NCBI GenBank assembly: GCA_050633245.1
Contig: JBOEGD010000028.1
Coordinates: 23,866-36,934 of the forward strand
DNA from: Calditrichia bacterium
GTDB taxonomy: Bacteria; Calditrichota; Calditrichia; RBG-13-44-9; J075
Direction: 5' to 3'
DNA: 13,069 nt
Shown here: in pieces, positions 7,985 to 13,069 of the stretch
Layout: every line of letters begins with the position of its first letter
Position numbering within the stretch: position 1 is the first letter of the stretch
Notes under the pieces: model-generated
Database searches by the model: none
What the model saw: only the letters and a program-made list of their open reading frames with translations
What the model was told of the DNA's origin: nothing
Translations under genes and position numbers: made by a program

Positions 7985-8181
7985 ATGATCTCCACAATGT
8001 GTCACAATCCTAATTGATCTTTTGTTGAGCCAAATATTGAGAACCTTGATTGGCAAAATAAATTGCTAAAACTTTGGATAGATCAAGATATCTGTTTGTG
8101 CAAAGAAATGAATTTGGAATTGAAGATTTTTCAAAGATTGGAATAGATATTAGAAACATGCAAAAACAAATAGGAGACTAA
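7985..8181 (+). pseudogene. Possible degraded gene remnant
   Basis: Overlapping stop-free stretches in two frames (8018-8146 and about 8089-8181) with protein-like composition in AT-rich DNA; no family recognised. Confidence 0.25.
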
Positions 8182-8241
8182 GTCGTGAGAGTAAGGTAAA
8201 TAGTTTGGAGCATACAACATAGTTATTCAAACTAGCACCTC

Positions 8242-9213
8242 CTACTGCTCGCGCTGTTTATCTTTTTTAGCGCATTTTTTCTTTCTGCGTGCCTCAATAG
8301 TCTGCGCAGCATCCATACCAATATGCTCTTCGCCGCGGGCTTTGGCAAGCTTTAGCTGCTTCATTCGCTCTGCAAAGCGCGCCTTTTGTTTATCGTTTAA
8401 GCTATCGTAGCAATACGGACAGCTTAAACCGGGCTGATAATACTCGCTGGCCTTGTCCTCATCGCTAATCGGGCGACGACAGGCATGACACTGATCGGAA
8501 TTCCCTTTCTCCAGTTTATGATTCACCGACACCCGCTCATCAAAGACATAGCATTCGCCCTCCCAAAGCGTTTCATCTTCCGGCATTTCTTCCAGGTATT
8601 TCAGTATCCCGCCCTGCAAATGGTAAACTTCTTCAAATCCCTGCGACTTTAAATAAGCCGTCGATTTTTCGCAGCGAATTCCGCCGGTACAGTACATGGC
8701 GACCTTCTTATGCTTTTGCGGATCGAGATTCTGCTTCACATATTCCGGGAATTCACGAAAGCTTCCCGTGTTGGGATTGACCGCATTTTTAAACTTGCCG
8801 ATCTGAATCTCGTAGTCGTTACGGGTATCGATAAGCAGTACCTCCGGGTCGGAGATAATCTTGTTCCATTCATGAGCGCGCACGTAAGTGCCAACAACTT
8901 TATTGGGATCGATTCCCTCAATGCCTATGGTAACAATCTCTTTTTTTAGCTTTACGCGGGTTCGACGAAACGGCTGTTCATCCGTGTAAGATTTTTTGCT
9001 ATCGAGATCAACAAGTCGGTCATCTTTTCTCAGCCAGGCAAGAAGTGCATCGGTCGACTCACGGCTGCCGGAAACGGTGCCGTTTATGCCTTCTGCGGCA
9101 AGAAGAATAGTACCGCGAATATCAAGTCGCTTCATTTCTGCTAACAGCGGATCGCGCAGCGACTGATAATCCCCGAGCTTAACAAATTTGTATAGCGCAC
9201 TAACTACAAACAT
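8242..9213 (-). CDS. trhO: tRNA uridine(34) hydroxylase TrhO (YceA/UPF0176 rhodanese-domain protein)
   Basis: 323 aa; [61 protein letters not shown] and a C-terminal Cys cluster. Confidence 0.95.
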   Translation of the reverse strand: MFVVSALYKFVKLGDYQSLRDPLLAEMKRLDIRGTILLAAEGINGTVSGSRESTDALLAWLRKDDRLVDLDSKKSYTDEQPFRRTRVKLKKEIVTIGIEGIDPNKVVGTYVRAHEWNKIISDPEVLLIDTRNDYEIQIGKFKNAVNPNTGSFREFPEYVKQNLDPQKHKKVAMYCTGGIRCEKSTAYLKSQGFEEVYHLQGGILKYLEEMPEDETLWEGECYVFDERVSVNHKLEKGNSDQCHACRRPISDEDKASEYYQPGLSCPYCYDSLNDKQKARFAERMKQLKLAKARGEEHIGMDAAQTIEARRKKKCAKKDKQREQ

Positions 9214-9216
9214 CGG

Positions 9217-9302
9217 ATTACCCTATTGCCTTATTAACTTTTTCACTTTTCACTTTTCACTTTTCACTTTTCACTTTTCACTTTTCACTTTTCACTTTTC
9301 AC
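9217..9302. repeat. Composite tandem repeat: 3 octamers (ATTACCCT, ATTGCCTT, ATTAACTT) + (TTTTCAC)x9
   Basis: Octamers at 9217-9240; nine perfect TTTTCAC copies at 9240-9302; fills nearly the whole intergenic space. Confidence 0.97.
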
Positions 9303-9724
9303 TAAATCTGCACATTCAAAACGGACGGCACAATTAATACCGCCAAGAGCACCACATATGGAAAAGCAACCGTCGGACGCATGCTATTGCTAATATACTC
9401 AACAATCAGCCCAATCGCACCTGACCGATCGGCTTCCCAGCGCGTGTGAAACTGAAAAGCCTCACCGGAACCATTGAGCAGCATTTTTTCAATTTCCAAA
9501 AGCCGTTGCGCTGTACGATGTTGCCAGGTTTTCCATATTCCTTCCTGTAACCACAATACAGCAATAATAGCCGTACTAATAATAAGGGTCAACCCATAAA
9601 TCGCAGCGGCCAAACAGCTTACTACCGCAACCAACTTTATGATTAACGCCATCTGTTCGTAGCGCTCATGATCTTGCTGCAACACTCGCCATTCTTGACC
9701 AAGATGCTGTTTTGATTCCGGCAT
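9302..9724 (-). CDS. Uncharacterised small membrane protein (about 3 TM)
   Basis: Three hydrophobic segments. AAGGAGGT (9738-9731) abuts ATG 9730 but is well spaced from the in-frame ATG 9724, which is therefore preferred. Confidence 0.82.
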   Translation of the reverse strand: MPESKQHLGQEWRVLQQDHERYEQMALIIKLVAVVSCLAAAIYGLTLIISTAIIAVLWLQEGIWKTWQHRTAQRLLEIEKMLLNGSGEAFQFHTRWEADRSGAIGLIVEYISNSMRPTVAFPYVVLLAVLIVPSVLNVQI

Positions 9725-9745
9725 TCTCATACCTCCTTGCTATTC

Positions 9746-10567
9746 TTACTGAGTCCGTAGATTCGATTTCATCGGCTGAGGTAAAACGCGCTGCCACGAG
9801 CCATAAGTAGGATTAGGTAATACAAACCAACTGCTTCCCCACTTCGCAGAATTATCGGCCACCAGTTTTGCACGCTGATCTGCAGTAATATTCTTTTTCA
9901 CATCAGGTAGAAAATCACCCAGATCATCTCCAAACAACATAATTATGCGATACGTCTCTGCAACATAAGCACGACGCGTTTTCTTTTCCGACCCCCAATC
10001 TTTCTGCTGCTTCTTTATCAGCAGGCGTTCGCGATCGGTAGCGCTAATTTCGGCATTGAGAAGACCTGCGCTATGAAGATTTAACAACGTTTCCTCATGT
10101 TGTGGACAATCTTCGTCGCTATTTGGGCGCTTTGAGCATTCACGATTTGTAAGAAAAATAACCGCAACTCCAAGAGAACGAGCGGTGCTTAGAAATTCTG
10201 CTGCACCGGGAATGGCTTTAGCGGCAGATTTGCTTACCCAGGCATCCCAACCGGCAAATTCAAATGGCTTATTGTTCAGCACATTACTTGCCTGATAGGG
10301 TGAATTATCCAGTACGGTCTCATCGACATCCAAAATAATCGCCGGAGGCTTGCTGCGAAAGTTACTGCCCTGTTCCAAAGCGGAGGTCCAGCTACTGTCT
10401 TTCAACGCATTGGCAAGCTGCATCTCTGCCGCCTTGAATGTCTGCCGGGTAGATGCCTGATACTCTGCGGCTGTCTGCATCCAAAGCGTGCTGTTTAGAT
10501 TATTGTGGCCGCTACTTGCGCATCCGGCGAGCAGAAAAACTGCTAAAATGAATAAAATCTTTTTCAT
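9746..10567 (-). CDS. 5'-nucleotidase / class C acid phosphatase lipoprotein, e(P4) family (HAD superfamily)
   Basis: Lipobox LAGC, DVDETVLDNS motif I, TNR, GDDLGDF and LPNPTYGSW. Confidence 0.93.
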   Translation of the reverse strand: MKKILFILAVFLLAGCASSGHNNLNSTLWMQTAAEYQASTRQTFKAAEMQLANALKDSSWTSALEQGSNFRSKPPAIILDVDETVLDNSPYQASNVLNNKPFEFAGWDAWVSKSAAKAIPGAAEFLSTARSLGVAVIFLTNRECSKRPNSDEDCPQHEETLLNLHSAGLLNAEISATDRERLLIKKQQKDWGSEKKTRRAYVAETYRIIMLFGDDLGDFLPDVKKNITADQRAKLVADNSAKWGSSWFVLPNPTYGSWQRVLPQPMKSNLRTQ

Positions 10568-10582
10568 AATGACCCGTTTTCT

Positions 10583-11077
10583 TTAAGGTGTCTTTTCCAA
10601 CGTACTGGCATGATCCATAACCATGTTCCAATTGTCGTCAATTTTTTTGAACGCGTAGGTCACGTGCATTTTGTGAACCAATTCTACATCATTTTCACCC
10701 GGCTTACGATGCGTCGCTTCACAAACAGCGATGCCATATTCTGAAGCAACATCGGTAAACAACACCTGGAACTTAATGCTCCAATCCGGCTCGTCAAACC
10801 AAGGTTCATGCAGTTCGCGAAACTCTTCGGCAGTAGTAAACTTTCTGCCATTTGGAAGAATTAGATTTAGATCACCGTCGGACGGGATTGTCTTAATTAT
10901 GCGACGAAAATCTTTTGCCTCAACGGAGGCAATGTGTTCGCGCAGAGCTTCAATAAAGTCTCGTTCATTTTGTTTTGCCGCCTCTTCCAGCTTAGCCTGA
11001 ACCAGTTCGGGATCTTCTGCACAGAAAGAGAAAAGCAAAGCAATGGCAACTACGCCAAGCAACTGAATGGGTCTCAT
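10583..11077 (-). CDS. Exported NTF2/SnoaL-like (DUF4440/YybH-type) protein
   Basis: Signal/lipoprotein-like N-terminus (LLFSFC); TYAFKKIDDNWNMVMDHAS C-terminal signature; GGAG RBS. Confidence 0.75.
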   Translation of the reverse strand: MRPIQLLGVVAIALLFSFCAEDPELVQAKLEEAAKQNERDFIEALREHIASVEAKDFRRIIKTIPSDGDLNLILPNGRKFTTAEEFRELHEPWFDEPDWSIKFQVLFTDVASEYGIAVCEATHRKPGENDVELVHKMHVTYAFKKIDDNWNMVMDHASTLEKTP

Positions 11078-11172
11078 AAATCTCTCCGGTTATCAATACA
11101 CTTTTTTGTTTGTTCTTGGGATAGATGCAGGTTTAAATCTCATAAAAATTCTAGCGAAATCCAACCGGAATA

Positions 11173-12423
11173 TCAGGTATCCTTACCTTGACCTCCTACC
11201 GGCAATCGGCTTGTCCGGATAGCGGGGCTGCTTAGCGCGAAGAGCGCAGTTAGCAAATAGAGAACGCCCCCGGCAATGTAGATATTGCGGATTGAAATGT
11301 GATCCGCCAGCCAGGCGAAAAACAATCCCGACAACATAAAAAGCACCCCGGCAATTGTATCACGAAGAGCATAGACGCGTCCCATCATATTCTGATCGAC
11401 CGTAGACTGCAACAGCGTGTCTTCAGTAATATCGCGAATTGAATTGGGCGGGCCGAAGAAAAAGCAAACGATCAATGCAAAGACACTGTTTGGACTGAGT
11501 GCATAAATCGTAGTAAAAATCGCGGTAAACAGGATATTTCCAATAATCACCCAGCCGGGCACACTCGCTAATCTGCGGGCAATAACACCAGCAAAAAAAG
11601 CACCTACAAATTCACCACCATAATAAGTACCGGTTTGGTACCCCCAATCATTTGCCTCGCCATTCAGCGCCTGTTGCACGAACACCAACATCAGTGCGGA
11701 CGTCCAGATTCCATGAGGGACATGTTCTATCCACTCCAGATAAACCAACGACTTTGCCAGTGGGTTCGTTTTGAGATAGCGAATTCCGCCCCGAAAAGAC
11801 TGAAATAAGTTTCTATAATTCTTCTCCGTATCAGGTGGGGCATGACTTATTTCTTGTTCGGAAATAAAATAGATGAGTAAAGCTGCAAACAAAAATGTCA
11901 ACAGATCAATGAGTACGAAAATTTCGAAACTAAGATGCAGCGCAAGTAATCCACCACTCATGTAGCCAAATGCCAGCGTTCCCTGTAGCGTGCCAATAAG
12001 CATACTATTGGCCTGCACCAGGTTTTCTTTCCTAACAATGGTGGGAATAATTGCCATACGCGCTGGTCGGTAAAATGATCCGGCGACGGAAAGGCCACCA
12101 ACAATCAGGTAAATCAACCAGAGAGAAAAGGTATTGTCGCTGATAGCGATCAATAATATCCCAACCAAGAGTGCACGAAGAAGATCACAGATTATCATCA
12201 CAGCACGGCGTGAACGACGATCAACGACAACTCCAGCCAGTGGGCCGATAATAAATGCGGGCAGATAAGACGCGACCAGAACACCGGTGGTTTGCAGCGC
12301 AGAGCCCGTTCGCTGAAATACAGTTACCATAACGCCGACCGTATACAACACATCACCAACTCCCGAGATGATTTGAGCCATCCACAGGAGTCTAAAATTG
12401 ACGTTCTCGAATAGGCTTTTCAT
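11173..12423 (-). CDS. MFS transporter (DHA3/macrolide-efflux-like)
   Basis: 416 aa, about 12 hydrophobic segments; NFRLLWMAQIISGVGD, motif A GVVVDRRSRR, DLLRA and MGRV. Confidence 0.92.
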   Translation of the reverse strand: MKSLFENVNFRLLWMAQIISGVGDVLYTVGVMVTVFQRTGSALQTTGVLVASYLPAFIIGPLAGVVVDRRSRRAVMIICDLLRALLVGILLIAISDNTFSLWLIYLIVGGLSVAGSFYRPARMAIIPTIVRKENLVQANSMLIGTLQGTLAFGYMSGGLLALHLSFEIFVLIDLLTFLFAALLIYFISEQEISHAPPDTEKNYRNLFQSFRGGIRYLKTNPLAKSLVYLEWIEHVPHGIWTSALMLVFVQQALNGEANDWGYQTGTYYGGEFVGAFFAGVIARRLASVPGWVIIGNILFTAIFTTIYALSPNSVFALIVCFFFGPPNSIRDITEDTLLQSTVDQNMMGRVYALRDTIAGVLFMLSGLFFAWLADHISIRNIYIAGGVLYLLTALFALSSPAIRTSRLPVGGQGKDT

Positions 12424-12434
12424 AAGAAGGCCTG

Positions 12435-12492
12435 GTTTTAACGACTAGCAAGCATTACTGCGGACCTCGAATTGAGACCCGTCTTTTAAAAC
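12435..12492 (-). ncRNA. Candidate structured 5' leader RNA of the MFS gene
   Basis: The minus strand folds by eye into a three-way junction (see findings); no known family recognised. Confidence 0.3.
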
Positions 12493-12540
12493 TCTCTTAG
12501 AATAGCGCGCAAAAAGTGTCGGTGCTGCTCGAAAAAGAGA

Positions 12541-12963
12541 TTAGCTCGTTTCCAAATCATCCACGTCTGTTTGGCCGGTTAAGCGGCGACGAATATGAGA
12601 CCAGGACATTCCGACAGCAAGAACGGCGGAAAGCAGCGTCATAACGACATAGGATATCACTTGGCGATTTTCTGGTGCTATCCAGCCCCAGTCGATGATC
12701 ATCCACAGCAGGGAACCGAAAAAGGCAAAGGTTAAGAGCAAGCCGATCGGACCAAGCGAACGCAGCGTGGCGCGCAAAAAGATTGTCCATCCGATAAGGA
12801 GAACGACACCGGCAAAAATCATCACTGGTGTAAAATCCGGCAAGCTTTGGCGTAGCCAGTGAAAATAAGACCAACCGTGTGGATTAAAAGTAGCAAAGGT
12901 TAATGCTAATGCGGCCATAAAGCGAAGCACTACCCCAAGCCAATTTATTGATGAAACTTTCAT
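12541..12963 (-). CDS. DUF6524-like membrane protein
   Basis: 140 aa, 4 TM; ATFNPHGWSYFHW, FLRATLRSLG and GMSWSHIRRRLTGQTDVDD; GGGAG RBS. Confidence 0.8.
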   Translation of the reverse strand: MKVSSINWLGVVLRFMAALALTFATFNPHGWSYFHWLRQSLPDFTPVMIFAGVVLLIGWTIFLRATLRSLGPIGLLLTFAFFGSLLWMIIDWGWIAPENRQVISYVVMTLLSAVLAVGMSWSHIRRRLTGQTDVDDLETS

Positions 12964-13069
12964 ACAGCAAACTCCCGTTTAATACATTATGAGACAGAGC
13001 GCGCAAGAATGTAACTAATTCACATTTGCCGGAAAACGGGAAATTGATTTAATTGGTAGAGACGCAATG

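Noticed and set aside
9240-9302. CRISPR array
   Set aside because: Contiguous 7-nt units with no spacers, and no cas genes in the window.
3-9302. Mobile element bounded by the two composite repeats as att sites
   Set aside because: The repeats are low-complexity, the interval includes the housekeeping gene trhO, and there is no recombinase.
882-12874. Short alternative-frame or antisense ORFs (e.g. 1347-1601, 5208-5513, 8710-8949, 10731-11000, 12557-12874)
   Set aside because: They overlap well-supported genes and show no recognisable motifs.

Overview
Bacterial genomic window, moderately AT-rich, made of two converging blocks. The + strand block (151-7912) is a tightly packed run of short, functionally unrelated accessory genes: DUF6090-like membrane-anchored protein, cyclase/kynurenine formamidase-family gene interrupted by one in-frame TAG, AlkD-like DNA alkylation repair protein, two GNATs, two SRPBCC proteins, MepB, and a secreted esterase-fold/TPR protein lacking the catalytic Ser. 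It ends in an AT-rich stand-alone ComEC-like metallo-beta-lactamase-fold hydrolase with its own promoter-like region. The - strand block (8242-12963) holds trhO, a small membrane protein, an e(P4)-type acid phosphatase lipoprotein, an NTF2/SnoaL-like protein, an MFS transporter and a DUF6524-like membrane protein. A composite 8-mer/7-mer tandem repeat family occurs three times at gene junctions, and a candidate structured RNA lies in the MFS leader. No rRNA, tRNA, CRISPR array, integrase or transposase was recognised. Family assignments come from motif recognition by eye, not database searches.
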